A stretch of DNA of 64,000 bases from the NCBI GenBank assembly GCA_963727825.1, contig CAVSHO010000001.1, positions 224,001 through 288,000 of the forward strand, read 5' to 3'. Below the pieces are notes generated by a model. The model ran no database searches. It saw only the letters and a list, made by a program, of their open reading frames with translations, and was not told the origin of the DNA. The position numbers and the translations under genes were made by a program. The first letter of the stretch is position 1, and the number at the start of each line of letters is the position of its first letter. Origin of the DNA: Ignavibacteriota bacterium (GTDB lineage Bacteria > Bacteroidota > Ignavibacteria > UBA10030). Below, one piece after another: positions 1 to 9,497 of the stretch.

Positions 1-170
1 GGGCTAATCTTTGCCAGACGATACAACAGGCGTTCCAGTGGACCGAGAACAGGATCGAGAAACGTTTTTTCCTGCTGGTACACGCGAGCCATAAATGTAC
101 CAAGCGGTTTGGCAAGCAGCGTGAGTACCGCGATATAAAATGCAATCTGTAGGATTCCATTAGGTGTCAT
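1..170 (-). CDS. kdpA: K+-transporting ATPase subunit KdpA, 5' part (runs off window)
   Basis: Hand translation MTPNGILQIAFYIAVLTLLAKPLGTFMARVYQQEKTFLDPVLGPLERLLYRL matches the KdpA N-terminus; ATGA overlap with kdpF stop. Confidence 0.93.
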   Translation of the reverse strand, partial: MTPNGILQIAFYIAVLTLLAKPLGTFMARVYQQEKTFLDPVLGPLERLLYRLAKIS

Positions 171-259
171 TCGAATATCTCCGGTTTCAATAGTGCGACA
201 AATAAATATGCGAAGAGGCCAATTGCTATAATTCCCGAAATGATATAGAGCCAGCTCAT
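167..259 (-). CDS. kdpF: KdpF small membrane subunit (30 aa)
   Basis: MSWLYIISGIIAIGLFAYLFVALLKPEIFE carries the YLxxALLxPExF motif; GGAGAG RBS; overlaps kdpA start. Confidence 0.92.
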   Translation of the reverse strand: MSWLYIISGIIAIGLFAYLFVALLKPEIFE

Positions 260-366
260 AATTTCTCTCCTGTTTTATTTTCTCCCAGGACTTCGCACAT
301 CTTTATAAGTCCCCAAGTGAGAATGAAAAATAAGATTGCGATACCAATATAAATGATGTCGTCCAT
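256..366 (-). CDS. 36-aa hydrophobic small protein upstream of kdpF (KdpZ/Y-like accessory peptide)
   Basis: MDDIIYIGIAILFFILTWGLIKMCEVLGENKTGEKL; GGAGG RBS at end of kdpC; its stop overlaps the kdpF ATG (ATGA). Confidence 0.75.
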   Translation of the reverse strand: MDDIIYIGIAILFFILTWGLIKMCEVLGENKTGEKL

Positions 367-368
367 AA

Positions 369-965
369 TTATTTTCCTCCTGATAACGATTGCATTTTAT
401 CAAGTGCAAGATTCAACCTGAGAACATTCACACGAGGTTCTCCAAGAAATCCTAATTGTCTTCCTTCAGTGTATTGAACAACCAACGAATGAAGTTTATC
501 CTGACTCAGATTTCTAATGCGTGCTACCCGCGGAAGCTGGTAAAGGGCAGCCGCGACACTGATGTGAGGATCAAGACCGCTTCCTGAAGACGTTACAATA
601 TCTACCGGGACAGGCTGCGTGTTCGAGGAATCTACAGCTTTCAAGTCCTGAATTCTTTTCTTGACTCCATCGAGATATACCTGATTGATCGGTCCGTTAT
701 TTGATCCTGATGATGCTGCGGCGTTATAAGGAAACGGACCTGTTGCCGATGGGCGGCTCCAAAAGTATTTCGAATCGCTAAATGGCTGGCCGATTAATTC
801 AGATCCAAAAACTTTTCCATTATTTTTCAATAAGCTTCCATTAGCTTTTGAGGGAAAAACAAGCTGCGCAATTCTTGTGACAAGAAACGGATAGAACACG
901 CCGGTGAGCACAGTGAAGAGCACGAGTGTGATAACAGACGTGCGAAGATATTTGAGCAACATCAT
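369..965 (-). CDS. kdpC: K+-transporting ATPase subunit KdpC
   Basis: GSELIGQPF, YFWSRPSA, SSGSGLDPHIS, EPRVNVLRLNLALD motifs; likely start ATG 965 after GGAG. Confidence 0.96.
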   Translation of the reverse strand: MMLLKYLRTSVITLVLFTVLTGVFYPFLVTRIAQLVFPSKANGSLLKNNGKVFGSELIGQPFSDSKYFWSRPSATGPFPYNAAASSGSNNGPINQVYLDGVKKRIQDLKAVDSSNTQPVPVDIVTSSGSGLDPHISVAAALYQLPRVARIRNLSQDKLHSLVVQYTEGRQLGFLGEPRVNVLRLNLALDKMQSLSGGK

Positions 966-1048
966 CGTGAATTTCTCCAATTGTCTTTTAGGATTTTTAG
1001 AATTGCATCTTTAAACAGAAGCGATGTGATGGTAAGTTTCGATATCAT
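962..1048 (-). CDS. 28-aa leader ORF translationally coupled to kdpC
   Basis: AAGGAGA RBS, MISKLTITSLLFKDAILKILKDNWRNSR, TGA overlaps kdpC ATG. Confidence 0.5.
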   Translation of the reverse strand: MISKLTITSLLFKDAILKILKDNWRNSR

Positions 1049-1136
1049 AATAATCTCCTTTTCATATTTGCGGTTCTAATATGGCAAGAGAAGTGGTACA
1101 AACGCAATCAAGAGAGTCTAAAAAGAGATGATCGAA

Positions 1137-1156
1137 GTATAAAAGGATTATAAAAA
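1137..1156 (-). promoter_or_regulatory. Putative KdpE binding site
   Basis: Minus strand TTTATA-ATCCT-TTTATAC: two TTTATA half-sites 11 bp apart upstream of the kdp genes, resembling the E. coli KdpE box. Confidence 0.6.
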
Positions 1157-1179
1157 TTTTATTGAGGAAGTACATAATG

Positions 1180-1210
1180 AAAACAGGATACTAGTATCGT
1201 ATCCTGTTTT
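1180..1210. terminator. Perfect 12-bp hairpin, probable (bidirectional) terminator
   Basis: AAAACAGGATAC-TAGTATC-GTATCCTGTTTT downstream of the GNAT gene. Confidence 0.6.
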
Positions 1211-1374
1211 GGATATGAAGCATGAAGGTTGATGAATCTAAATTAAAATGTGAACAATAGCACTGTTAGTCTCTCAATTCCTTTTTATTATTGAGCTCAA
1301 TATAAAGAAGCTGGGAAAGAAAGCAATCAAGGAGAGATAAAAAGAGGTGCAAAAATGATTAAGAAAATATAAAA

Positions 1375-2187
1375 CTATCCGCAGTAACCTGTTGCTCTAT
1401 TGTATATCATTGTTGGCTGCCAATTTAGGCCTTTCCCTAATATCATTCGAGGGGCAGTACGATATTCCTGAAATCCTTCTGATATCAAGTATTCTCGTGC
1501 AAGTGTATTAGCTGATGGAACGATTGCGGTCGTTATTCCACGATTTAATTGCAGCTTCATTAATTCTATGCCAGCATCTGCATTACGTGCCATAATTAAT
1601 CCTCTACCAAAATCAGGCAGATAAAATCCCGTGATACCAGTGGATGTGTCAGTTGTATAAACCAAGCCTGTTGAAAAAAATCTCTCGATGAATTGAAATC
1701 GACATTCCCCTGTAACTTCTCTATCTAATTCTTTGACTAATAAAAAATCTTCCTGCCGCATTTCTCGCACATTTGATATGTGTCGAGTTTGTGCAATCGA
1801 GTCCCTTTTATAAAACACGTACGTCGAATTTATTTCAAAGCCGAGCTTTCTATAGACAGGTTCTCCCATCTCACTTGCAATCAATAAATGGCTGACGCAT
1901 CCTTTACTTCGGTTGTAATCTATGAAATGATTTGTGATTCTTTGTCCTATCCCTTGTCTTCTATATTCTGGCAACACTATTATAGTACCAAGCCAGCCAA
2001 TAGCGCCATGAATCATATCGATCCCACAACCAACAATCCTACCGTCGACTTCTGCCACCGCTGGATAAAAATAAGAATGACCGAAATGAAAGTAGAACAA
2101 TTTTGGTAGATCCAAATTCCAATCTTCGGGAGGAAAATTTTGTAATTGGTGTATTTCTGATTCCAATATTTGTCTGATCCTCAGCAT
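1375..2187 (-). CDS. GNAT family N-acetyltransferase
   Basis: Motif A VLPEYRRQGIG and motif B PVYRKLGF. Confidence 0.9.
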   Translation of the reverse strand: MLRIRQILESEIHQLQNFPPEDWNLDLPKLFYFHFGHSYFYPAVAEVDGRIVGCGIDMIHGAIGWLGTIIVLPEYRRQGIGQRITNHFIDYNRSKGCVSHLLIASEMGEPVYRKLGFEINSTYVFYKRDSIAQTRHISNVREMRQEDFLLVKELDREVTGECRFQFIERFFSTGLVYTTDTSTGITGFYLPDFGRGLIMARNADAGIELMKLQLNRGITTAIVPSANTLAREYLISEGFQEYRTAPRMILGKGLNWQPTMIYNRATGYCG

Positions 2188-2231
2188 AAATCTTTCCTAT
2201 AAAACATTTTTAAACAGTGCTTTCTTTTATA

Positions 2232-2296
2232 AATAGCGGAATAATTCCCTCTCCTTGCAAGAGAGGGTCAGGGTGAAGTCAAATAAAAGAAATGAC
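2232..2296 (+). repeat. Palindromic intergenic repeat (CCCTCTCC..GAGAGGG-AGGGTGA type), insert-free copy
   Basis: 56/65 identical (hand count) to the reverse complement of 15510-15623 once a 49-nt insert is removed. Confidence 0.85.
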
Positions 2297-2378
2297 ATAT
2301 TAAAAAGCCGAAAATATTGCATTATAAAAAATATACTGACCAGAACCAATTTATTTCAGAATTCAACACACACGGGAA

Positions 2379-4043
2379 TTATTGAGATGGAGGTAATGCG
2401 GGCTCTGCAAAAATTGTCTTTTCCCGCTCCACCATCACAGTTCCCGCCGGTACGCCTTTGGGTTTTCTTATGTACTTTCCTTCGCACATTGTCACAGGTA
2501 CAAGTTTTGATTTCTTCATCTTACTATAATATGCTGCGATCCCTGCTGCCTGCTCGATTGCCTGTTTGCTCACTTCACCCTTGCCTGTTCTAATTTTCAA
2601 AACAACATGCGAGCCACCAACGCCGCGCGCATGAAACCAAAGATCGCTCTTTGCTGTATGGCGTGTTGAAAGGAGATCGTTGTTCTCGCTGCTCTTTCCT
2701 GCCCACACTTGAAAGCCGCCGGCAACTGTAAAGACTCGGAATGGCAGCAGTTCTTCTTTTTTCATCTGTCCTGATTTCTCTGCTTTCAATCCGAATTGCG
2801 AAAGCACCTTCTGGTTTTCCTCCGTAAAATGTTTTAAATCTTCGGATGTAGATATGTCTTCCATGCGATCTAAAAGCAGAGAGATGGATTTCTGCCGCCG
2901 CGTCAATTCCACAATACGATGCCTCTGTTCTTCTATCGCATGTCGGGATTTTTCAGCTTTTTCGAAGTAACGCTCGGCGTTTTTTGCCGGCGTTAAGTGC
3001 TGGTCAAGCGGAATTTCTACAAGCGCATTGGAGCCGCTGACAAAATCTTCTACCATCGCCGCTGTTTCGCCTTTTTTAAGAAGATATAATTGCGAGATTA
3101 AAAGTTTGCCGAATAATTCGTACTGCTCTGCACGATTTGGCTTTTCTGCTTCTGCTGCAATTTTGTAAAGTGTATGCTGTGTGTGTTCACGATCGCGTTC
3201 CAATACCCGGATAATATTCTCTTTTTCTTGGAAAACGCTTTTTTCATGGTACAAATTGGCGCGATATGTTTGAATTGCTTCCGATACGGAATTATAATCT
3301 TGAAACGTGAAATCACTTAAGTGACGTAATGGAATAATAGAAAACCTCATTGGCGATGTTCCGTCAAAGTATACGCGCGGTGATGGTGGAGCAAGAAGTT
3401 CTGCTTTCATTCTTTTTGCAGAGTCAAGCAGTCGAGCGATATCATTTTCCGCAAGAGCATTAACCATTTGCTCACCGTCCAGACCGATGCGTGCCAACAG
3501 TTCTCTTATTAGTACCGGACCAAATTGCGGAAGCATACGCTTGAGTGCTATTGCCAGTGGTTGAACGGTATACAAAGAAATAAAAATATCTGGTGCTATT
3601 GTACTAGACTCAAAATGAATAGAATCAATTCCCGTGACCTTAGCATCAGATTTCTTCAAGAACATTTCGGTGATTGTTCCACTCGTATCAAGCAATAAAA
3701 CATTCGCTTTCGATCCGAACAATTGTGCTATAAGTTCGCGCTTATCTTTTAAACGAATATGCATTTGTCGATCAGCCGGATGCATGAAAACTTTATCGAT
3801 TACAGTACCCTGTATGTCAGTAAAAAGATTTGCAGAGTTCCGCCGTGCACGGGCAAAAGTTCTGCGTGCATAGATAAAATTATTCGCAGGTTCACATCCG
3901 ACAATGATAACAGCCGGTGTCTCTTCAAATGAAATCACCAATTCACACCGATGTTGGGTAAAAATCTCGTTCACCGTTTGCCCGGCAAACTCGTGCTCTA
4001 ACTCTGTTGCAATGTGAACTAATGTATAATAATTTGTAACCAT
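2379..4043 (-). CDS. rqcH: NFACT/FbpA family ribosome quality-control protein RqcH
   Basis: NAERYF coiled-coil end, GKSSENNDLLS, DLWFHARGVGGSHV, AAYYSK NFACT-R motifs; likely start ATG 4043. Confidence 0.9.
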   Translation of the reverse strand: MVTNYYTLVHIATELEHEFAGQTVNEIFTQHRCELVISFEETPAVIIVGCEPANNFIYARRTFARARRNSANLFTDIQGTVIDKVFMHPADRQMHIRLKDKRELIAQLFGSKANVLLLDTSGTITEMFLKKSDAKVTGIDSIHFESSTIAPDIFISLYTVQPLAIALKRMLPQFGPVLIRELLARIGLDGEQMVNALAENDIARLLDSAKRMKAELLAPPSPRVYFDGTSPMRFSIIPLRHLSDFTFQDYNSVSEAIQTYRANLYHEKSVFQEKENIIRVLERDREHTQHTLYKIAAEAEKPNRAEQYELFGKLLISQLYLLKKGETAAMVEDFVSGSNALVEIPLDQHLTPAKNAERYFEKAEKSRHAIEEQRHRIVELTRRQKSISLLLDRMEDISTSEDLKHFTEENQKVLSQFGLKAEKSGQMKKEELLPFRVFTVAGGFQVWAGKSSENNDLLSTRHTAKSDLWFHARGVGGSHVVLKIRTGKGEVSKQAIEQAAGIAAYYSKMKKSKLVPVTMCEGKYIRKPKGVPAGTVMVEREKTIFAEPALPPSQ

Positions 4044-4056
4044 TGCTATTTGTCCG

Positions 4057-4153
4057 TTATCCACAAATCTTAACTAAAGTCCGTAAAAATGAAAGGAATT
4101 GCAATCCCGATGTGGATAACTCGTGGATAGTGAAGTGCAAATGATGTGCAAAA
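4057..4153. promoter_or_regulatory. Cluster of DnaA boxes
   Basis: TTATCCACA 4057-4065; TGTGGATAA 4111-4119; CGTGGATAG 4122-4130; AGTGCAAAT 4134-4142; TGTGCAAAA 4145-4153. Confidence 0.7.
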
Positions 4154-4160
4154 GTAAGTC

Positions 4161-4189
4161 TTGCCGTATCCTCGAATTTTCCGTATATT
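4161..4189 (+). promoter_or_regulatory. Sigma70-type promoter for yicC operon
   Basis: TTGCCG-17nt-TATATT, followed by AAGGAG RBS and GTG start. Confidence 0.65.
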
Positions 4190-4221
4190 TTGTTGCATTA
4201 GTCTAATTAAAGGAGTCTATA

Positions 4222-5103
4222 GTGGCAGCAAGTATGACCGGCTTTGGCCGCGCAGAAGTCAACAAAGACGGCATTACCGTCAGGACGGAAGTTCGCAGTG
4301 TGAACAGTCGCTATCTCGATTTAACACTGCGCTTGCCGCGAAACTTTTCTCAGCGAGAAAAAGAGCTGAAAGATATTGTCCGCACGTTTTTAAATCGGGG
4401 CAATTTGAATATTACTGTAAAAGTTGAACATGATTCAAACGATGTTGTTCCATTAAAAGTGAATAAAGCGGCGGCAAAATCGTACTACAAACTTCTGAAT
4501 GAAATCCGCAAGTCCGTAAAATTGCGCGAACAAGTAAAACTCGAACACTTATTAACGTTTTCTGATGTGCTCGAACCTGTGGATGAAGAAGAAACCGATG
4601 AAACCGAATGGGAACTAGTACAAGAATCAGTCCGCCAGGCGCTTGAGAGTCTTAACGCAATGCGTGCTCAGGAAGGAAGCGAATTAGCTGCCGATCTCGA
4701 AAAAAGAATTCGCTGGATGGATGAGACTTTGAATGAATTAGAAAAACTTTCTAAAGAACGAATTCCCGAAGAGCGTAAAAATTTACAAGAACGCATTGCG
4801 GAATTAGTAGAAGACAAATTTGTTATCGATCAAAACCGGTTAGAACTAGAAATAGCACTACTGGTGGATAAATTGGACATTACGGAAGAATGTGTCCGTT
4901 ACCGCAGTCATATTAAATATTTTCTGGAAGCACTTAACAAGAATGAAGCCGCAGGCCGAAAGTTAAACTTCCTTGTTCAGGAAATGAACCGTGAGGCAAA
5001 CACTATAGGCTCCAAATCTAGCGATGCCACAATAGCACATCTAATTGTTGGATTGAAGGAAGAATTAGAAAAAATTCGGGAACAGTTGCAGAACATAGAG
5101 TGA
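4222..5103 (+). CDS. yicC: YicC/YloC family endoribonuclease
   Basis: SMTGFGR N-terminus, SVNSRYLD, GRKLNFLVQEMNREANTIGSKS, IREQLQNIE; conserved yicC-gmk-rpoZ-coaBC order. Confidence 0.95.
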   Translation: MAASMTGFGRAEVNKDGITVRTEVRSVNSRYLDLTLRLPRNFSQREKELKDIVRTFLNRGNLNITVKVEHDSNDVVPLKVNKAAAKSYYKLLNEIRKSVKLREQVKLEHLLTFSDVLEPVDEEETDETEWELVQESVRQALESLNAMRAQEGSELAADLEKRIRWMDETLNELEKLSKERIPEERKNLQERIAELVEDKFVIDQNRLELEIALLVDKLDITEECVRYRSHIKYFLEALNKNEAAGRKLNFLVQEMNREANTIGSKSSDATIAHLIVGLKEELEKIREQLQNIE

Positions 5104-5672
5104 TGAGCGGAAAACTAATTATGATTGCCGCTCCAAGTGGTTGCGGTAAAACGACAATCGCAAAAGCGATTTTGGCAAACCATCCCGATATATTGTTCTC
5201 AGTTTCGGCAACAACGCGCCCGAAACGTGACAGCGAAGTGGAAGGAAGAGATCATTTTTTCCTCACCAAAAATAAATTTGAAGAATATCTCCGCAATGGT
5301 AATTTGGCAGAATGGGAAGAAATTTACGGCAATTATTATGGAACATTAAAGAGTGAGATCAATCGGGCGATTCAGAATGGCCGCATAATGTTGTTTGATA
5401 TAGATGTGAAAGGCGCATTGTCGATTCGGAAACATTTTCCGAATAATTCCATTCTTATCTTCATCAAGCCGCCAAGTTTTGAGGTATTGAAAAGCAGATT
5501 GGAAAGTCGCAATACAGAGAACCCGGAAACACTTAAATGCCGGTTGGAGCGTGTACCGCTGGAAATGGAACAAGGGCAGCAATTTGATTATCAAGTCGTG
5601 AACGATGATTTGCAAAAAGCCGTCAACGAGGTTGATAAAATAGTTCAAGCGAACATCAAGAATATTATTTAA
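5100..5672 (+). CDS. gmk: Guanylate kinase
   Basis: P-loop APSGCGKTT, SVSATTRPKR, GNYYGT. Confidence 0.96.
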   Translation: MMSGKLIMIAAPSGCGKTTIAKAILANHPDILFSVSATTRPKRDSEVEGRDHFFLTKNKFEEYLRNGNLAEWEEIYGNYYGTLKSEINRAIQNGRIMLFDIDVKGALSIRKHFPNNSILIFIKPPSFEVLKSRLESRNTENPETLKCRLERVPLEMEQGQQFDYQVVNDDLQKAVNEVDKIVQANIKNII

Positions 5673-5701
5673 TCACATTCATAGTCAATGGAGGTAGAAC
5701 A

Positions 5702-6058
5702 GTGTCAGTCAAACCAGTAGCAATGCATGAATTTCTACAACAAACCGGTAACGTTTACGAAGCTATAATTGTGGCTTCTAAACGCGCGCGGCAAATTCAT
5801 GATGATATGAAAATAGAATTAACGCAGCAGCTCGAAACGCTGAAAGCATTGAATGCAACACCGGAACCGGAAGATGATATGGAAGTCGCAATTGTCAACC
5901 CGGATCAGCTCAAAATCAGTTTAGAATTTGAAAAAAGGCCTAAACCGACAGAAATTGCGATCAACGAAGTGCGAGAAAAGAAAATCCCATATCATTATAA
6001 GGAGCACACCGACTTTTTCGCTAAAGAAACTTCTAAAGATACTTCGACAGAAGAATAA
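5702..6058 (+). CDS. rpoZ: RNA polymerase omega subunit
   Basis: GNVYEAIIVASKRARQI and KPTEIA motifs; position between gmk and coaBC. Confidence 0.9.
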   Translation: MSVKPVAMHEFLQQTGNVYEAIIVASKRARQIHDDMKIELTQQLETLKALNATPEPEDDMEVAIVNPDQLKISLEFEKRPKPTEIAINEVREKKIPYHYKEHTDFFAKETSKDTSTEE

Positions 6059-6069
6059 CGAGAAACGTA

Positions 6070-7278
6070 ATGCGCGGCAAGCATGTCTTGATTGGTGTCA
6101 CAGGTGCGATTGCGGCATACAAAGTTGGCTATCTCATTCGTGAACTGATAAAGTCCGGTGCAGATGTTAAAGTAATGATGACAGAAGCGGGAATGCGCTT
6201 CGTTACACCTCTCACGTTCTCGGTACTTTCAAAAAATCCGGTCTTCACAGATCTGTGGTCAAGCAACCAATCATCGGATTCCGAAATTAGCACGCAACAC
6301 ATTGATCTTGCCAACTGGGCAGATGTTCTTGTTATCGCACCGGCTTCTGCGAACACAATCGCTAAACTGACTTACGGCATTTCTGATAATCTGCTGACCG
6401 TTGTCTCTCTTGCAACCGCTCGATCAATTATTCTTGCACCAACAATGGATGCAGAGATGTATCTTAATGCCGTCACGCAGAAAAATCTAACAATCTTAAG
6501 AGAACGCGGCTATCTCATCATCCCGCCGGCAGAAGGTGAGCTTGCCAGCGGCTTGAGCGGACCGGGGCGTTTGCCTGAAATCAAAATTATTGTTGAGACG
6601 ATTGAAAAAGTTCTTGATCATTCAAAACAGGATTTGAGGAATAAACGAATCCTTGTCACTGCCGGACCTACATTTGAAGCAATAGATCCCGTTCGTTTTG
6701 TAGGGAATCGTTCTTCCGGAAAAATGGGATTTGCAATTGCGAATGCCGCAGCGCAGCGCGGCGCAGTTGTAACACTTATCTCCGGACCAGTAGTTCGTGA
6801 AACACCGCGCAATGTCAAACGCATCGATGTCGAATCGGCGCAGGAAATGTTGACCGCTGTTCTTGCACATATTAAAAAAACAGATGCTGTGATTATGTCG
6901 GCGGCAGTCGCGGATTTCACACCTATCCAACAAGCAAAGCATAAGATAAAAAAACAGCTCGACAGTGAAACACTGGAGTTAAAGTTGAAAGCAACACCGG
7001 ATATTCTTGCAACGCTCGGGAAAAAGAAGCGGAAAATGGTGCTTGTCGGATTTGCATTAGAGACAAAAGACGAACTTACCGATGCGAAAAATAAACTTCG
7101 GAAAAAAAATCTTGACTTCATTGTGCTTAATTCTTTTAATGAACGTAATCGCGTGTTTGGCTCCGACGTTAACACAGTTACACTGATCGATAATCTTGGT
7201 AATGTTGAAAGACTTCCCAAACTGTCGAAGTTTGATGTAGCGAACAAGATTCTCGATAAAATTATAACGCTAAATTAA
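6070..7278 (+). CDS. coaBC: Phosphopantothenoylcysteine decarboxylase/ligase CoaBC
   Basis: GVTGAIAAYK, APASANTIAK, TAGPTFEAIDPVRFVGNRSSGKMG, VGFALET. Confidence 0.97.
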   Translation: MRGKHVLIGVTGAIAAYKVGYLIRELIKSGADVKVMMTEAGMRFVTPLTFSVLSKNPVFTDLWSSNQSSDSEISTQHIDLANWADVLVIAPASANTIAKLTYGISDNLLTVVSLATARSIILAPTMDAEMYLNAVTQKNLTILRERGYLIIPPAEGELASGLSGPGRLPEIKIIVETIEKVLDHSKQDLRNKRILVTAGPTFEAIDPVRFVGNRSSGKMGFAIANAAAQRGAVVTLISGPVVRETPRNVKRIDVESAQEMLTAVLAHIKKTDAVIMSAAVADFTPIQQAKHKIKKQLDSETLELKLKATPDILATLGKKKRKMVLVGFALETKDELTDAKNKLRKKNLDFIVLNSFNERNRVFGSDVNTVTLIDNLGNVERLPKLSKFDVANKILDKIITLN

Positions 7279-7322
7279 GTAATCTCCAGGGCATTAATTG
7301 TTCCTTAGGTGAATCATTTCGC

Positions 7323-8150
7323 ATGTCTCTCAACGAAGAACTCAAAAACATTCTTACCGATACTGAACGATTCCTGAAACAGCAGCAGGAGTTGTACGGC
7401 GACACTATTTTTGTACAAAAAAACGAGCCATTTCCTGCCGACTTAACACAGAAACCTGCATCGATAAATATTGCGCCCGCTGCTCCCGAGGTCGATCTCT
7501 TTGGAAACGCTGTTCAACCGATTACAAATAATCATAAAATTGGAGAGTCAATTTTGCCGGCATATCCTAAAGAATCATGGACAGAAACAAAGAATCTTGT
7601 AGAATTAAATAATGCAATCAACACTTGTATGAAATGCAGTCTTGGAAAAACAAGAACCAAATTTGTATTTGGCGTTGGAAATTCGAAGGCAGATGTAGTA
7701 GTTGTCGGCGAAGCACCGGGGGCTGATGAAGATGAAAAGGGCGAACCATTCGTTGGGCGCGCAGGACAATTGCTAAATAAGATTCTTGAAGCAGTTCAAT
7801 TTAGGCGAGAAGAAGTTTTTATTTGTAACATTTTAAAATGCCGTCCACCGAATAATCGTGACCCGCAAACGGAAGAAATTGATTGCTGCGAACCGTATCT
7901 CTGGAAGCAATTAGAAATTATCAAGCCAAAAATAATTCTCTGTGCCGGGCGCATTGCCGGTCAATCGCTGTTGAAGACGAATTCTTCGTTAACGCTTCTA
8001 CGCGGCAAGGTGCATGATTATCGAGGCATTCCGCTAATGGTAACGTATCATCCGGCGGCATTGCTTCGTAATCCTCATTGGAAGAGACCATGCTGGGAAG
8101 ACATGCAGCAGTTTCGGAAATTGTACGACGAGATGAAAAGTGGAAAATAG
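7323..8150 (+). CDS. Uracil-DNA glycosylase, family 4 (Fe-S)
   Basis: Cxx[29 protein letters not shown]. Confidence 0.94.
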   Translation: MSLNEELKNILTDTERFLKQQQELYGDTIFVQKNEPFPADLTQKPASINIAPAAPEVDLFGNAVQPITNNHKIGESILPAYPKESWTETKNLVELNNAINTCMKCSLGKTRTKFVFGVGNSKADVVVVGEAPGADEDEKGEPFVGRAGQLLNKILEAVQFRREEVFICNILKCRPPNNRDPQTEEIDCCEPYLWKQLEIIKPKIILCAGRIAGQSLLKTNSSLTLLRGKVHDYRGIPLMVTYHPAALLRNPHWKRPCWEDMQQFRKLYDEMKSGK

Positions 8151-8270
8151 AATACAAATCACAAAGGACAAGCTTCAAACAAATTCCAATATTCAATATC
8201 CAACATCAAGAATTTATAAGTTGTTTTTTGAAATTTGTTTGTGATTTGAATAATTGTGGTTTGGAATTTA
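8151..8270. repeat. Imperfect inverted repeat built from ~7-nt CAAAT/TCCAA units
   Basis: Left CAAATCACAAA..CAAACAAATTCCAA; right TTGAAATTTGTTTGTGATTTG..TTTGGAATTT. Confidence 0.55.
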
Positions 8271-8282
8271 TTCTTAAATGAC

Positions 8283-9443
8283 ATGGATAAGAAAAAAGAA
8301 TATATCGCCAATTTGAAAAAAGCATGGCGCGACGAAATGCTAAGCGCAACGAATTATCGCGCACTTGCCGAACAGGAAAAGAATCCGGAAAGAAAATCTA
8401 TTTTCATCCGTATGGCAGAAGCAGAAGATCGCCATGCCGCGCGATGGACGGCGCGGTTGAAGGAATTAGGAATTGAGATGGGTTCATTCAGGGAAAACCC
8501 AATTGAGTTGTTACGGAGAAGGATGCTGCTTAAAAGTTCTCCTGAAGCAGCCGCTCAAATGCTTGAAGTTGGCGAGAACGACGCCGATAAATTATATGAG
8601 GTGATGATTAATGCTGCAGAGAGCGACGCAGAACGTGAATTATTGCTCGATGTCCAGCGGGAAGAGAATGCTCACAGTCTGATGTTGCAAGAGATGTCAA
8701 GTTCACGCGTCATGCAGCATCCGCAAAGCCGGTTGGAGCGCATTCTTGGAAGAGAAAAATGGCATGTCACTGCCGGCGGCTGGATTGGTCAGGCAATTTA
8801 CGGAGTAAACGATGGGCTCGGCGCGGCATTCGGTGTCGTAAGCGGGGTGGCAGGTGCAACAGCAGCAAACAGTGAATTTATATTATTGAGCGGACTTGCA
8901 GTAGCAGTTGCATCCGCGTTATCGATGGGTAGCGGTGCGTACCTCGCCACGAAATCCGAACGCGAAGTGTACGAATCAGAAGTTGAAAAGGAAAAGCGCG
9001 AGATTGAAGAACATCCGGAAGAAGAACAGGAAGAGATGGATTTGTTCTATCAGCTCAAAGGATTCTCGCCGGAAGATTCCAAGAAAATGGCGGCAAAACT
9101 TGCCGAGCAACCGGAACAATTCCTAAAAACTCTGGCACATGAAGAATTGGGACTTTCAGAAAAGTCGTTTCCGAACCAATGGAAATCGGCATTCAGTGCA
9201 ATGATCAGTACAGCACTTGGCGCCATCATCCCAGTTCTTCCTTTCATTTTTTGGTCTGGAATGGAAGCGCTCATTATTTCGTTTATCATTAGTACGGCAG
9301 CACACTTTGCAGTCGGTGCATCGAAGGTGCTTGTTACCGGACGCTCGTGGCTCAAGAGCGGCACCGAGATGACACTTGTTGGACTGGGTGAAGCAATCAC
9401 GACGTATCTTATCGGTATGCTTATTGCACCAATGATTAGATAA
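8283..9443 (+). CDS. Rubrerythrin/ferritin-like + VIT1/CCC1 iron exporter (MbfA-like)
   Basis: N-terminal ExxH diiron motifs (EAEDRH, EENAH); IYGVNDGL and ALSMGSGAYLA VIT1 motifs. Confidence 0.88.
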   Translation: MDKKKEYIANLKKAWRDEMLSATNYRALAEQEKNPERKSIFIRMAEAEDRHAARWTARLKELGIEMGSFRENPIELLRRRMLLKSSPEAAAQMLEVGENDADKLYEVMINAAESDAERELLLDVQREENAHSLMLQEMSSSRVMQHPQSRLERILGREKWHVTAGGWIGQAIYGVNDGLGAAFGVVSGVAGATAANSEFILLSGLAVAVASALSMGSGAYLATKSEREVYESEVEKEKREIEEHPEEEQEEMDLFYQLKGFSPEDSKKMAAKLAEQPEQFLKTLAHEELGLSEKSFPNQWKSAFSAMISTALGAIIPVLPFIFWSGMEALIISFIISTAAHFAVGASKVLVTGRSWLKSGTEMTLVGLGEAITTYLIGMLIAPMIR

Positions 9444-9497
9444 AAGTATTTTAGCTACGAATTTCAACTCGCGGAATTTGTAAGGAGAATAAGTTGT

